Shown piece after piece: positions 11,578 to 21,709 of a DNA stretch of 50,468 nt (positions are counted from its first letter, which is position 1; each line of letters begins with the position of its first letter). The DNA lies in the NCBI GenBank assembly GCA_044378655.1, contig JBILXJ010000001.1, positions 1-50,468 of the forward strand. The letters run 5' to 3'. The position numbers were made by a program, and so were the translations under genes. This stretch comes from Candidatus Planktophila sp. (GTDB lineage: Bacteria > Actinomycetota > Actinomycetes > Nanopelagicales > Nanopelagicaceae). Below the pieces are notes generated by a model that was not told the origin of the DNA, ran no database searches, and saw only the letters and a list, made by a program, of their open reading frames with translations.

Positions 11578-12945
11578 TTATCCGTGGGCGTGTAATGGTT
11601 TACCGGCAAGTGCCATGTGAGCTTCACCCATTGCTTCGGAAAGTGTTGGGTGTGCATGGATTAGAGGTGCAACATCATCGGCAGTTGCTTCCCAGTTAAA
11701 AATCAATTGCGCCTCGGCTAAGAGTTCGCCTACACGTGCACCGACCATATGGATTCCAAGTACTGGGCCATTCTTTTGGGAAACCAATTTAATTGAGCCC
11801 GCAGTGCGCAAGATCTGGGCCTTACCATTTCCGGCTAAGTCGTAATTTAATTCAACTACATCGTGACCACGCTCTTTAGCTTGCGCAGTTGTTAAACCAA
11901 CTGAGGCAACTTCTGGTTCAGAGTAAGTAACGCGGGGAACGCCGTCGTAATTAATTGGACGTGGATTCAATCCGCAAATTTCTTCGGCAACCAAAATACC
12001 TTCACCAAAACCGACGTGCGCTAATTGCAAGGTAGGAATCAAGTCGCCAACTGCCCAGATCCCTGGAACATTTGTGCGGCACTTGTCATCTACCAACACA
12101 TAGCCTCGGTCCATGTTTAGGCCCTGTTCTTCATAGCCAAGGTTGGCTGAAACCGGCCCACGACCAACAGCTACGAGCAGAACATCTGCTGTGAATGTTT
12201 TGCCATCTTCAAGTTCAACAGTTACGCCATCGGCAGTAACGGTGTGAGACTTAAAGCGAACTCCGAGTTCAAAGTTGATTCCGCGTTTGCGATAAGCACG
12301 TTCTAATAACTTGCTGCTTGATTCATCTTCAAGTGCAACCAGGTGTGACAAGCCTTCGATAATTGTTACTTCGGCACCGAATGATTTCCAGACTGATGCG
12401 AACTCACAACCAATTACGCCGCCGCCAAGAACAATGACTGATTTAGGAACGTAATCCAAACTTGTTGCATGATCTGAAGTCATAACTCGAACGCCGTCGA
12501 TTTCAAGTCCGGGCAAAGATTTGGCATAAGAGCCAGTTGCTAAAACAACATTGGTGCCGGTGTAGCGTTCACCATTTACTTCAACAGTGTCTTTCGCGAC
12601 CAAACGACCGTGACCTTCAACAAAAGTAATGTTGCGTGATTTAACGAGACCTTGTAATCCTTTGTGAAGTTTGCTGATCACGCCATCTTTATAAGCATTA
12701 ACTGCGACCATATCCATTGATAGGAATTGAGCGTTTACGCCGAAGGTACTGGCTTCGCGTGCACTGTCGGCTATCTCGCCAGAGTGCAGAAGCGCCTTGG
12801 TAGGGATACATCCGCGGTGTAGACAAGTTCCGCCTAGTTTTCCGGATTCAATCAGCGCGACGGTTTTGCCAAGTTGAGCTGCGCGAAGGGCACAGGCGTA
12901 ACCGCCACTGCCACCACCAAGAATTACCAAGTCGAATTGAGCCAC
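11578..12945 (-). CDS. lpdA: Dihydrolipoamide dehydrogenase E3
   Basis: GGGSGG, GGTCLHRGCIPTK redox disulfide, GGGVIG, HAHPTLSE. GTG start at 12945 follows a GAAAGG RBS. Confidence 0.96.
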   Translation of the reverse strand: MAQFDLVILGGGSGGYACALRAAQLGKTVALIESGKLGGTCLHRGCIPTKALLHSGEIADSAREASTFGVNAQFLSMDMVAVNAYKDGVISKLHKGLQGLVKSRNITFVEGHGRLVAKDTVEVNGERYTGTNVVLATGSYAKSLPGLEIDGVRVMTSDHATSLDYVPKSVIVLGGGVIGCEFASVWKSFGAEVTIIEGLSHLVALEDESSSKLLERAYRKRGINFELGVRFKSHTVTADGVTVELEDGKTFTADVLLVAVGRGPVSANLGYEEQGLNMDRGYVLVDDKCRTNVPGIWAVGDLIPTLQLAHVGFGEGILVAEEICGLNPRPINYDGVPRVTYSEPEVASVGLTTAQAKERGHDVVELNYDLAGNGKAQILRTAGSIKLVSQKNGPVLGIHMVGARVGELLAEAQLIFNWEATADDVAPLIHAHPTLSEAMGEAHMALAGKPLHAHG

Positions 12946-13017
12946 GATCAACCTTTCACCCGTAAGCGTTCTATAGCCCTATCTTGCCAGCCTTCGGGCG
13001 ATCTAACTAACTGGTGG

Positions 13018-14514
13018 CTATTTTTCGCTAGTGATCTCGGCCAAACGGATTAGCGAGCGGAAAGCGATTCCGGTGCCACCGACTGGGGTGTAGCCGTGCG
13101 GTTTAGCCTCGTTATAGGCCGGGCCGGCAATATCTAAGTGGAGCCAAGGCAGCTCGGCTGGGATGAATTCTTTGAGGAAGATGCCAGCGACCAACATGCC
13201 GCCCATGCGATCTCCGATATTTGCCATATCGGCCACCGTTGAATCAAGTGATGCGCGAAGTTCTTCAGGAAGCGGCATTGGCCAGAAATCTTCGCCGGCT
13301 TGGTCGGCTGCAACTAAGAACTGCGAGCGGAACTCTTCGTTATTTGTCATGACCGCACTTGTGCGAGTTCCGAGGGCAACTACTTGTGCGCCAGTCAGAG
13401 TGGCCACGTCAATGATGCCATCGAGTTTCATCTTTGACTCTTGGGCTTTAACTAACGCATCGGCCATTACCAAACGACCTTCAGCATCAGGATTTAAAAC
13501 TTCAATTGTCTTGCCACCATACATAGTGTGAATATCACTTGGCCGAGTTGCGTTGTCAGAGATCATGTTCTCAGCCATCGCTGCCCAAACATCAATTGCA
13601 ATCGGCAACTTAAGTTCGGCAATCGCCAAGACTGCTGCGCTAACTGCAGCAGCTCCACTCATATCTGATTTCATGGCTTCCATGCCGGCAGCTGGCTTTA
13701 GTGCATAACCACCGGTATCGAAAGTAATTCCCTTGCCGATGAAAGCTAACTTCTTCTTCGCCTTTGGCGGGTTATATGAAATATGCAAAAGTCGCGGTGG
13801 ATTAGCTGAACCTTGGCCAACACCTGAGATGCCACCGTAACCACCATCACGCAATTGCTTCTCATTTAAAATTGAAACTTTTAAGTGCGCAGCCGAACCG
13901 CCTACAGATTTAACTGCAGCAGCAAATCGCTTGGAGAATGAATCTGGCGTCAAATGACTTGGGGGAGTATTGATTAAGTCGCGAACTAATTTGGTGTATT
14001 CGCCAATGATTACAGCTCGCTTAACTGCAGCCTTTGCTTCAGGTGAGTTCGCCATTTTGGTCTGAACAGTCGCGCCCGCCAATGGCGCCTTGCGGTCTGC
14101 TTTAGAAGAGCCACGGAATTCGTCGAAAGCATATGCGCCAAGGGTCATGCCTTCGGCCACGGCTGCAACCTGCTCAATCGAATTTGTCGGTAGCGATATA
14201 GCAGCACTTTTCTCTCCGGCCAGGGCGCGAGCAGCAGCACCGGCGGCGCGGCGCAGAACTTCGTGAGCATAATCTTTCTTCGCTTCACCGAGGCCGGTAA
14301 ATATCAGTAATCGCGTTGTTGAACCAGGCAACTTCGTAATTTCATTTGCGGCACCTGTAGCGCCTAGATCTTTAAGGGCTGCAAGTAATGACTTTTCATC
14401 GAGTGATACCGAGCCAGATTCAATCTTTAAAGTATCGGCCTTAGCGCCTTTAGCTAAACCAACGATCAAAATATCATCGGAAACTAGCGCATCGGATAAC
14501 CGGATCGATTTCAT
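13018..14514 (-). CDS. pepA: Leucyl aminopeptidase (M17)
   Basis: GKGITFDTGG, MKSDMSGAA, NPDAEGRL, ATLTGA, HLDIAG. Start set at MKSIRLS (14514) after an AGGAG RBS. Confidence 0.93.
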   Translation of the reverse strand: MKSIRLSDALVSDDILIVGLAKGAKADTLKIESGSVSLDEKSLLAALKDLGATGAANEITKLPGSTTRLLIFTGLGEAKKDYAHEVLRRAAGAAARALAGEKSAAISLPTNSIEQVAAVAEGMTLGAYAFDEFRGSSKADRKAPLAGATVQTKMANSPEAKAAVKRAVIIGEYTKLVRDLINTPPSHLTPDSFSKRFAAAVKSVGGSAAHLKVSILNEKQLRDGGYGGISGVGQGSANPPRLLHISYNPPKAKKKLAFIGKGITFDTGGYALKPAAGMEAMKSDMSGAAAVSAAVLAIAELKLPIAIDVWAAMAENMISDNATRPSDIHTMYGGKTIEVLNPDAEGRLVMADALVKAQESKMKLDGIIDVATLTGAQVVALGTRTSAVMTNNEEFRSQFLVAADQAGEDFWPMPLPEELRASLDSTVADMANIGDRMGGMLVAGIFLKEFIPAELPWLHLDIAGPAYNEAKPHGYTPVGGTGIAFRSLIRLAEITSEK

Positions 14515-14598
14515 CAAAACTCCTAATTTTTGCCTTCGCTTGAACTTGGCTGAGTCTAAAGCAGGAATAGCAGAATATGTAGCGATAGATTGTGCGCC

Positions 14599-15684
14599 AT
14601 GAAGCAATCTCCACTACATGAGCGCCACTTAGCCCGTAACGCCAAGATGGCCGATTTCGGTGGCTGGTTGATGCCGATCGAATATCCGAGCGCTGGAGTT
14701 TTGGCTGAGCACGCGGCCGTGCGCGAGCGAGTTGGTTTATTCGATGTCTCACATCTAGGTAAAGCATCGGTCGTAGGTCAGGGAGCGCTAGAGTTTTTAA
14801 ATTCGAAGCTAACTAATGATTTAACCAAAATTTCCGACGGCGCTGCCCAATACTCAATGTTGTGCAACGACAGCGGTGGCGTAATTGATGACCTGATTGT
14901 TTATCGCAATTCCGACGCAGATTTCTTTTTGGTGCCGAACGCTTCTAATACCAGTGCGGTAGTTGCAGATCTACAAGCGAACGTACCCAACGGAATCACA
15001 GTGACTAATCTGCATAATGACTATGGCGTAATTGCTCTGCAGGGACCATATGCAACTAAAGTTTTAGCGCACTTCGGATTACAAATTGAAATCGACTACA
15101 TGGCATTTACCTATGTTTCAGTCGCTGGTTGCGATGTGATTGTTTGTCGTACTGGATACACCGGCGAATATGGATTTGAGGTTCTACCTAAATGGGACCA
15201 GGCACTAATTGTTTGGGATGCGCTAGTTGAACAAGTAGAAGCTAACGCAGGCCTAGTGTGTGGCCTGGGCGCACGAGATACTTTGCGAACCGAAATGGGA
15301 TACCCCCTTCATGGGCACGAACTCTCGCTAGAGATTTCACCAGTAATGGCAAGTGCCAGCTGGGCAGTGGGCTGGAACAAAGCAGATTACCAAGGCAGTG
15401 AGGTCTTGAAAGAGCAGAAACAAAGCGGGGTCACTCGACGACTAGTTGCCCTTAAGTCACTTGATCGAGGAATTCCGCGCCCCGATATGCAAGTTTTACA
15501 TGACGGAGTTGAAGTCGGAATCGTGACGAGCGGGACATTTTCACCAAGTTTAAAGGTCGGAATTGCCCTTGCTTTAGTCGATTCGAAATTTAGAATTGGC
15601 GAACAACTTCAGATTGATGTGCGTGGTCGCACTTCAAACGTTGAGATAGTTAAGTTACCTTTCATGCCATCGCACGTTCGCTAA
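14599..15684 (+). CDS. gcvT: Glycine cleavage aminomethyltransferase T
   Basis: FGGWLMPIEY, LFDVSHLG, RTGYTGEYGFE, GLGARDTLRTEMG. ATG 14599 lies 7 nt after TAGATT. Confidence 0.94.
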   Translation: MKQSPLHERHLARNAKMADFGGWLMPIEYPSAGVLAEHAAVRERVGLFDVSHLGKASVVGQGALEFLNSKLTNDLTKISDGAAQYSMLCNDSGGVIDDLIVYRNSDADFFLVPNASNTSAVVADLQANVPNGITVTNLHNDYGVIALQGPYATKVLAHFGLQIEIDYMAFTYVSVAGCDVIVCRTGYTGEYGFEVLPKWDQALIVWDALVEQVEANAGLVCGLGARDTLRTEMGYPLHGHELSLEISPVMASASWAVGWNKADYQGSEVLKEQKQSGVTRRLVALKSLDRGIPRPDMQVLHDGVEVGIVTSGTFSPSLKVGIALALVDSKFRIGEQLQIDVRGRTSNVEIVKLPFMPSHVR

Positions 15685-15704
15685 GAAGCTAGGGGAGAGA
15701 GAAA

Positions 15705-16706
15705 ATGGAATATCGCCGCTTGGGTAACACTGGAATGTACGTTTCTGAGATTGCCTATGGAAACTGGATCACCCACGGCAACCAAGTTGAAGCTACAGCG
15801 GCAAATGCTTGCGTGAAGGCAGCCTTTGATGCTGGTATTACGACCTTCGATACTGCTGATGTATATGCGGGCACCAAAGCTGAAACTATTTTGGGTAAGG
15901 CGCTCAAAGGCGTAAAGCGAGAGTCATATGAGTTATTCACCAAAGTTTATTTTCCAACTGGCACTGGCAAAAATGATCGCGGGCTCTCTCGCAAACACAT
16001 TATTGAATCTTGCAACGCTTCGCTAAAGCGTTTACAAACGGATCACATTGATCTCTATCAAGCTCATCGCTTTGATTATGAAACTCCACTCGAGGAAACC
16101 TTAAGCGCTTTCGATGACTTGATTCGCCAAGGTAAGGTGCATTACATCGGCGTCTCGAATTGGAAACACACTGAAATTCAAGATGCCTTAAAAATTCAAG
16201 ACGATAAGGGTTACAACCGAATCGTTTCGAACCAACCTTCATACTCGGCAATTTATCGAGTTATCGAAGCCAAGATCGTGCCTCTTTGCCAGCGCGAAGG
16301 CATTAGTCAGATTGTTTATTCACCGTTAGCGCAAGGCGTGCTAACCGGTAAATATCTGCCGGGCAAGAAAGTCCCAGCAGATTCACGTGGCGCGAATAAA
16401 AACAATACGGGTCAATTCATGCAAGGCATGATGAATGATGAATTCTTGGGCCATGTAGCTAAGTTGCAGCCAATTGCAGATGCTCACGGAATCACTATGT
16501 CCCAGTTGGCGCTAGCTTGGATTCTAAGTAATCCAAATGTGGCCAGCGCGATTATGGGTGCTACTAAACCTAAGCAAGTTACCGAAAATGCTAAGGGCAG
16601 CGGAATTAAACTCGAAGCAGCAGTGATCAAAGAGATTAATGCGGTGCTGAAGCCAATTGTTAAAACTGATCCAGAGTTGGTCAGTAGCCCAAAACCCCGC
16701 GCTTAA
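15705..16706 (+). CDS. Aldo/keto reductase (Kv-beta/Tas-like)
   Basis: FDTADVY, FTKVY, SLKRLQTDHIDLYQAHRFD, YSPLAQGVLTGKY. Confidence 0.92.
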   Translation: MEYRRLGNTGMYVSEIAYGNWITHGNQVEATAANACVKAAFDAGITTFDTADVYAGTKAETILGKALKGVKRESYELFTKVYFPTGTGKNDRGLSRKHIIESCNASLKRLQTDHIDLYQAHRFDYETPLEETLSAFDDLIRQGKVHYIGVSNWKHTEIQDALKIQDDKGYNRIVSNQPSYSAIYRVIEAKIVPLCQREGISQIVYSPLAQGVLTGKYLPGKKVPADSRGANKNNTGQFMQGMMNDEFLGHVAKLQPIADAHGITMSQLALAWILSNPNVASAIMGATKPKQVTENAKGSGIKLEAAVIKEINAVLKPIVKTDPELVSSPKPRA

Positions 16707-17240
16707 TTACTTTTTCTTTTGGTAGGCCGCTGATGGCTTAGGTGCGCGTAAACGGCGCATCTGAGTTGAGCGTAACCAGCCGTACATGCCAAGACCCTTG
16801 GTATTTGCATCTGGGAACTTTTCGCTGATCTGCTTCTTGAGTTTGCGGCTCAAGAAGAAACCATCAACAACTGCAAATAGCAGAACTGTATACATAAGCA
16901 CGATCGCAATGACATTAACTGTCATGTTTGGTACCACTGAGAAAAGTAAAACTACAAAAATAATTGGCAAGAAGAATTCACCAATAGAGCGACGATTATC
17001 AACTTCGTCGCGCACAAATCGACGCACTGGGCCTCGATCGCGAAGTGGCAGCGCGTTCTCATCGCCACGCAGGTATGCCTCACGGGCAGCGACGCGTCGT
17101 TCCCGAGCTAAGGCTTTATCGCGCTTCTTGGCTTCTTTGCCAATCACTGGCGCAAGCGTTGAAACCTTGCGCTTAGATTCGGCATCTTTTCGAGAAGGTG
17201 TAGGACGACCTTTTTTTGCGGCTTCTTCAGTCATGGCCAA
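16707..17240 (-). CDS. DUF3043 family membrane protein
   Basis: KKGRPTPSRK, RDRGPVRRFVRDEVD, two TM helices, RSTQMRRLRAPKP. Confidence 0.87.
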   Translation of the reverse strand: MAMTEEAAKKGRPTPSRKDAESKRKVSTLAPVIGKEAKKRDKALARERRVAAREAYLRGDENALPLRDRGPVRRFVRDEVDNRRSIGEFFLPIIFVVLLFSVVPNMTVNVIAIVLMYTVLLFAVVDGFFLSRKLKKQISEKFPDANTKGLGMYGWLRSTQMRRLRAPKPSAAYQKKK

Positions 17241-17241
17241 A

Positions 17242-18381
17242 CTATAGAGCCAGCATGCGCTCTAGGGCGAGTTTGGAGTACTTGCGAACGTCTTCAGAGA
17301 CGATGATTTGGTTCACTACCTGCCCTTGAACCAGGGACTCCATGGCCCAAACTAAATGCGGTAGGTCGATGCGGTTCATGGTTGAGCAATAACAAACTGT
17401 TTTGTCGAGGAAGAGAATTTCCTTGTCTGGCATGGTGCGAGAAAGGCGTTGCACCAGGTTTAACTCAGTGCCAATAGCCCACTTAGAGCCGGCTGGGGAA
17501 TTTGTGACAGTCTGAATAATCTTTTCAGTTGAACCAACTACATCGGCAATTGAAACTACTTCGTGTTGGCATTCAGGGTGAACCAATACTTTGACGCCCG
17601 GAACCCGCTCGCGTACATCGGCGACGTTCTGTGCGCTAAAGCGACCATGAACCGAACAATGTCCGCGCCAAAGAATCACTTTGGCGGCTTGTAATTCTGC
17701 TTCGGTTAATCCGCCCATTGGTTTCCACGGATTCCAGACCACGCAATCAGTTAGCGATAGGCCCATCGAGAGAACTGCGGTATTTCTACCTAGGTGTTGA
17801 TCGGGCAAAAAGAGTATTTTTTCACCTTGCGTAAATGCCCATTCCATCGCACTCTTAGCATTAGATGAAGTGCAAATAGTTCCGCCATTTTTTCCAGTGA
17901 AACTTTTAATTGCAGCCGAGGAATTCATATAAGTAACTGGAATTGTTTTTTGCGCGATGCCTAGGTCGGCTAATTGATTCCAGCAATCATCTACTTGGTT
18001 AGCAGTTGCCATATCGGCCATTGAACATCCGGCTGCTAGGTCCGGAAGAATTACTTTCTGATTGTCATTTGTTAACACATCGGCGCTTTCGGCCATGAAG
18101 TGAACTCCGCAGAAAATAATGTATTCGGCCTGTGGATTTTCAGCCGCTGCTTGAGCTAACTTGAATGAATCTCCAGTGATGTCAGCGAATTCAATTACTT
18201 CGTCGCGCTGATAGTGATGGCCAAGAATCATTACCTTCGAACCTAGAGCTGCTCGCGCGGCACGTGCCCGTTCAACTAAATCTGGGTCACTTGCAGCTGG
18301 TAGTTCGCCGGCACAAGAGACCCCGCGTTCGCTGGTTAGATCGCGCTCGCGTCCCATCAGCAGGAGATCGGTTAGGGCCAT
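17242..18381 (-). CDS. nadA: Quinolinate synthase
   Basis: LGHHYQR, FCGVHFMAESA, AGCSMADMA, GHCSVH, HPEC, CYCSTMNRI. Start set at MALTDLLL (18381). Confidence 0.95.
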   Translation of the reverse strand: MALTDLLLMGRERDLTSERGVSCAGELPAASDPDLVERARAARAALGSKVMILGHHYQRDEVIEFADITGDSFKLAQAAAENPQAEYIIFCGVHFMAESADVLTNDNQKVILPDLAAGCSMADMATANQVDDCWNQLADLGIAQKTIPVTYMNSSAAIKSFTGKNGGTICTSSNAKSAMEWAFTQGEKILFLPDQHLGRNTAVLSMGLSLTDCVVWNPWKPMGGLTEAELQAAKVILWRGHCSVHGRFSAQNVADVRERVPGVKVLVHPECQHEVVSIADVVGSTEKIIQTVTNSPAGSKWAIGTELNLVQRLSRTMPDKEILFLDKTVCYCSTMNRIDLPHLVWAMESLVQGQVVNQIIVSEDVRKYSKLALERMLAL

Positions 18382-18487
18382 GGCTACATTCTCTCGAATT
18401 TTTGCCCTCCTGTCGCATTTGAAGTGCAGGATTGGCGCTCGCATGGCTACTATTAAGCCCTGCAAGCAGAATTTTTAGGGGAGAGCA

Positions 18488-18841
18488 ATGACTACCGAAG
18501 CCGTAGATATCAAAACCACCAGTATCACTTTGTCCGATGTTGCAGCTAGCAAAGTTGCCGCACTTTTGGCGCAAGAGGGTCGCGATGATCTCTGTCTACG
18601 AGTTGCCGTTCAACCTGGCGGATGCTCTGGCCTTAAGTACCAGCTCTATTTCGACGACCGCAACCAAGATGGCGACATCGTGCGCGAGTTCGGCACAGTT
18701 AAAGTTGTCATCGACAAGATGAGTGATCCTTACCTAATGGGTGCAACCATTGATTTCGTGGACACTATCGAAAAGCAAGGTTTCACAATTGATAATCCCA
18801 ATGCGCAAGGTTCATGCGCTTGCGGCGATTCGTTTAATTAA
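18488..18841 (+). CDS. erpA: A-type Fe-S carrier (HesB/IscA/ErpA)
   Basis: PGGCSG and CACGDSF motifs. Confidence 0.92.
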   Translation: MTTEAVDIKTTSITLSDVAASKVAALLAQEGRDDLCLRVAVQPGGCSGLKYQLYFDDRNQDGDIVREFGTVKVVIDKMSDPYLMGATIDFVDTIEKQGFTIDNPNAQGSCACGDSFN

Positions 18842-18863
18842 TTTTTAGAACGAATTTAACTTA

Positions 18864-19838
18864 ATGAAAATTGGCGTCGCAGGTTCTGTTGGCCTGGACC
18901 ATTTAATGACTTTCCCGGGGAAGTTCACCGATTCGTTAGTTGCCGGCTCACTCGAAAAAGTCTCACTCTCTTTCTTAGTTGATGGCCTCGAGGTTCGCAG
19001 AGGCGGATGTGCGGCCAACATTGTTTATGGCATGGGTGTGCTCGGATTAAATCCAGTTCTAATCGCAGCCGTAGGCAAAGATTGGGCCGATTACGACGCC
19101 TGGTTACTTCGTCATGGCGTCGATACCTCACACGTTTTGATTTCAACGACGCAATTCACTGCGCACTTCATGGTCACTACCGATACCGAACTAAATCAGA
19201 TTGCGTCCTTCTTCCCGGGTGCGATGTCGGAAGCTCGAAATATCGAACTTGGGCCAATCATGGATAAAACTGGTCGCTTCGACATTGTGGTTATTTCACC
19301 CGATGATCCTGAAGCGATGCTTCGACACTCTGATGTGTGCCGTGAGCAGGGAATCGCTTTTGCAGCAGACCCTTCACAACAGATGGCCCGCATGAGCGGT
19401 GAAGAAATTCGTCAATTGATTACAGGTGCTAAGTACCTATTTTTAAATGAATACGAATTAGCACTAGCAATGCAGAAAACTGGCTGGAGTGATGCAGAAA
19501 TTCTTGATCTAGTTGAATACCGCGTTGTAACACTGGGTTCAAAAGGCGCAAAAGTTGAATCGAAAAATGGTGAGTTTGTTCAAGTAACTGTTCCTAAAGA
19601 GAGAGCAAAGATAGATCCGACCGGAGTGGGCGATTCTTTCAGATCAGGTTTTATTGCTGGTTTAGCGTGGGGCTTAAGTCATGAACGTTGCGCACAACTT
19701 GGTTCAATGATTGCAACTTATGTTATTGAAACTACCGGAACTCAGGAATATCGCTTCACGGCAGCTGAGTTTGTTGCTCGCTTTGCCGAAGCTTACGGAG
19801 ACGCTGCAGCTAGCGAGATCGCTGCACAACTGAAGTAA
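18864..19838 (+). CDS. adoK: PfkB carbohydrate kinase, probable adenosine kinase
   Basis: DHLMTFPGKF...SLSFLVD, RGGCAANI, DPSQQ, DPTGVGDSFRSG; syntenic with HesB and ctaC like mycobacterial AdoK. Confidence 0.85.
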   Translation: MKIGVAGSVGLDHLMTFPGKFTDSLVAGSLEKVSLSFLVDGLEVRRGGCAANIVYGMGVLGLNPVLIAAVGKDWADYDAWLLRHGVDTSHVLISTTQFTAHFMVTTDTELNQIASFFPGAMSEARNIELGPIMDKTGRFDIVVISPDDPEAMLRHSDVCREQGIAFAADPSQQMARMSGEEIRQLITGAKYLFLNEYELALAMQKTGWSDAEILDLVEYRVVTLGSKGAKVESKNGEFVQVTVPKERAKIDPTGVGDSFRSGFIAGLAWGLSHERCAQLGSMIATYVIETTGTQEYRFTAAEFVARFAEAYGDAAASEIAAQLK

Positions 19839-20889
19839 TAGCGCCAATAAGTTCGCGGACTTCGGTTTCAGAAACTCCGTGATGCAAAGTTATTCGTAGG
19901 TTACCTTCACTCTTCATGCCCAAAGCTGCAAGTACATGACTTGGCTGCATTTGCGCTGCAGTACAAGCAGAGCCAGAATCCAAAACCAAGTTAACTTCAT
20001 TTAGTTGTCTAACTAAATCTTCACCGACGCAACCATCTGCAACCAGGGCAATCGTTTGACCTACAGTGTCGTGTATAACGCCGGCAAAGGAAACCCCGAT
20101 ATCCGCAGCGGTTAGTGAGTCTCTAACTAATTTGTTTAGTTCCTTAATGCGCAAACTTTCGGTTTCCGCTTCTTTCAACCAGGCATCAAGAGCTACTGCG
20201 CTAGCCAGTAGAAGGGGTAGCGAAGATGACTCTGGCGTTCTACGAATTCCTAGATTCGGTAGCGGGTTTTTCCATGCCGCAGAGTTACGAATTGCCAATA
20301 TGCCGATACCGGCCGGTCCTTGCCAGCTTGTGGCATCAAAGATGGCGCTATCCCATCGAGTCGGTAGGGGCAGATTTGGTGCCGCCGAATAATCAAGTGC
20401 CACAAAAGTTGGGTTGATCGCAGTAATTACGTGATCGACATCTTGCGTGATGCCGGTTTCAATATTGGCGCCTTGTAAGGCTAGAACACTCTGCTGATTG
20501 TTTAGATGCAGATCACAAATTCGCCCATTTGGTCCAACCGCTAATACTTGAGTTTTACCGCCAGAATTTTCATGGGCTACCCCGACCGCAAAGACACTTC
20601 GGCGATCTATTGATGAGTGAAGCAAGGTGTGTTCAGGTTTTAATAATCCGGAAATAGCTAAATGCTGCCCAAGTCTCGGTTCACCAATGACTTCAATCTC
20701 AGTGGTACTCAGGTTTAAGTTTGTTGCAATGGATTCGATAGCTTCATTTCGCAGAATTGCGGTCCGAGCAGAGTGATCGCCAATTTTCGCAGGATCTGCC
20801 CAGCCTTGCCCAAAAGCATCATTTAAAACGGCTATTGCGGCAGGGTGGAGTGGCGACTGACTAGTGAAATTTCCTGTGACCCGAACCAC
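19810..20889 (-). CDS. IscS/NifS-like class V aminotransferase-fold protein, degenerate (no PLP Lys)
   Basis: ANIETGITQ, SGSAC...PSHVLAALG and NLRITL are retained; DATSWQGP replaces SAHKxxGP. GTG start 7 nt after TAGCCT. Confidence 0.8.
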   Translation of the reverse strand: MVRVTGNFTSQSPLHPAAIAVLNDAFGQGWADPAKIGDHSARTAILRNEAIESIATNLNLSTTEIEVIGEPRLGQHLAISGLLKPEHTLLHSSIDRRSVFAVGVAHENSGGKTQVLAVGPNGRICDLHLNNQQSVLALQGANIETGITQDVDHVITAINPTFVALDYSAAPNLPLPTRWDSAIFDATSWQGPAGIGILAIRNSAAWKNPLPNLGIRRTPESSSLPLLLASAVALDAWLKEAETESLRIKELNKLVRDSLTAADIGVSFAGVIHDTVGQTIALVADGCVGEDLVRQLNEVNLVLDSGSACTAAQMQPSHVLAALGMKSEGNLRITLHHGVSETEVRELIGAITSVVQRSR

Positions 20890-20947
20890 GCGTCGAAGGC
20901 TACTCCTGACTGAAGCCGACGTCTAAGTGGGGGACTATCCTTACGCT

Positions 20948-21709
20948 ATGAAATTGAATACCACGCGTCGCGGCCTTTTAATACTGGGGCCCGCCATGTT
21001 TGCCCTAACTGGATGCGCTGTAGACGCTGATTCCGGATTTAGTGGTGATGCTTCGAGCGTCAACGAGATTACTCATTCACTATGGACGTACTCATGGTTA
21101 GCAGCTGCAGTGGTTGGTGTTTTTACCGCGATCTTGATCGTGTGGCCAGCTATTTTTCATCGTGCGCCTAAGAATGGTCCAGAGTTTCCAAAGCAAACGC
21201 AGTACAACATTCCGGTAGAAATTGCTTACACGTTGATTCCATTCATTATTGTGGCGGGTCTTTTTTACTTCACTGCTGTTAAACAGGATCAGATTACTAA
21301 ACCACAAGAAAATGTTAAGCACGAGATTGTTGTAACTGGTTTTCAGTGGTCATGGCAATTTACTTATCTAGATGCAGGTAAAGACGTGACGTTTACTGGA
21401 ACTCCAGCGAAGCCACCTGTTCTAGTAGTTCCTCAAGGGGAACGAGTTCGTTACACAATTGTCTCAAACGACGTCGTGCATGGATTCTGGATTCCAGAAT
21501 TTATGATTCAGATGCAGAACTTGCCTGGAGTTACCAACCATCTTGAATTCACGGCAAACAAATTGGGTGATTTCCCTGGCCGATGCAACATTCTTTGTGG
21601 TCGCAACCATGCTCAAATGCTCTTCACTGTGCGAGTTGTTACTCCAGCTGAGTACGAAACGTATATTGCAAATCTGAAACTTGAAACCGAGAAGGCGAGC
21701 CAAGCATGA
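20948..21709 (+). CDS. ctaC: Cytochrome c oxidase subunit II (lipoprotein)
   Basis: ALTGC lipobox, two TM helices, [25 protein letters not shown] CuA motif. ATG 20948 lies 6 nt after TATCCT. Confidence 0.94.
   Translation: MKLNTTRRGLLILGPAMFALTGCAVDADSGFSGDASSVNEITHSLWTYSWLAAAVVGVFTAILIVWPAIFHRAPKNGPEFPKQTQYNIPVEIAYTLIPFIIVAGLFYFTAVKQDQITKPQENVKHEIVVTGFQWSWQFTYLDAGKDVTFTGTPAKPPVLVVPQGERVRYTIVSNDVVHGFWIPEFMIQMQNLPGVTNHLEFTANKLGDFPGRCNILCGRNHAQMLFTVRVVTPAEYETYIANLKLETEKASQA

Noticed and set aside
14515-14598. Glycine riboswitch upstream of gcvT
   Set aside because: Only 84 bp shared with divergent pepA, no aptamer motifs seen, and gcvT looks leaderless.
19810-20889. Calling the IscS-like gene a pseudogene
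   Set aside because: Full-length frame without stops, a promoter-like element and a conserved Cys loop; treated as a diverged protein instead.
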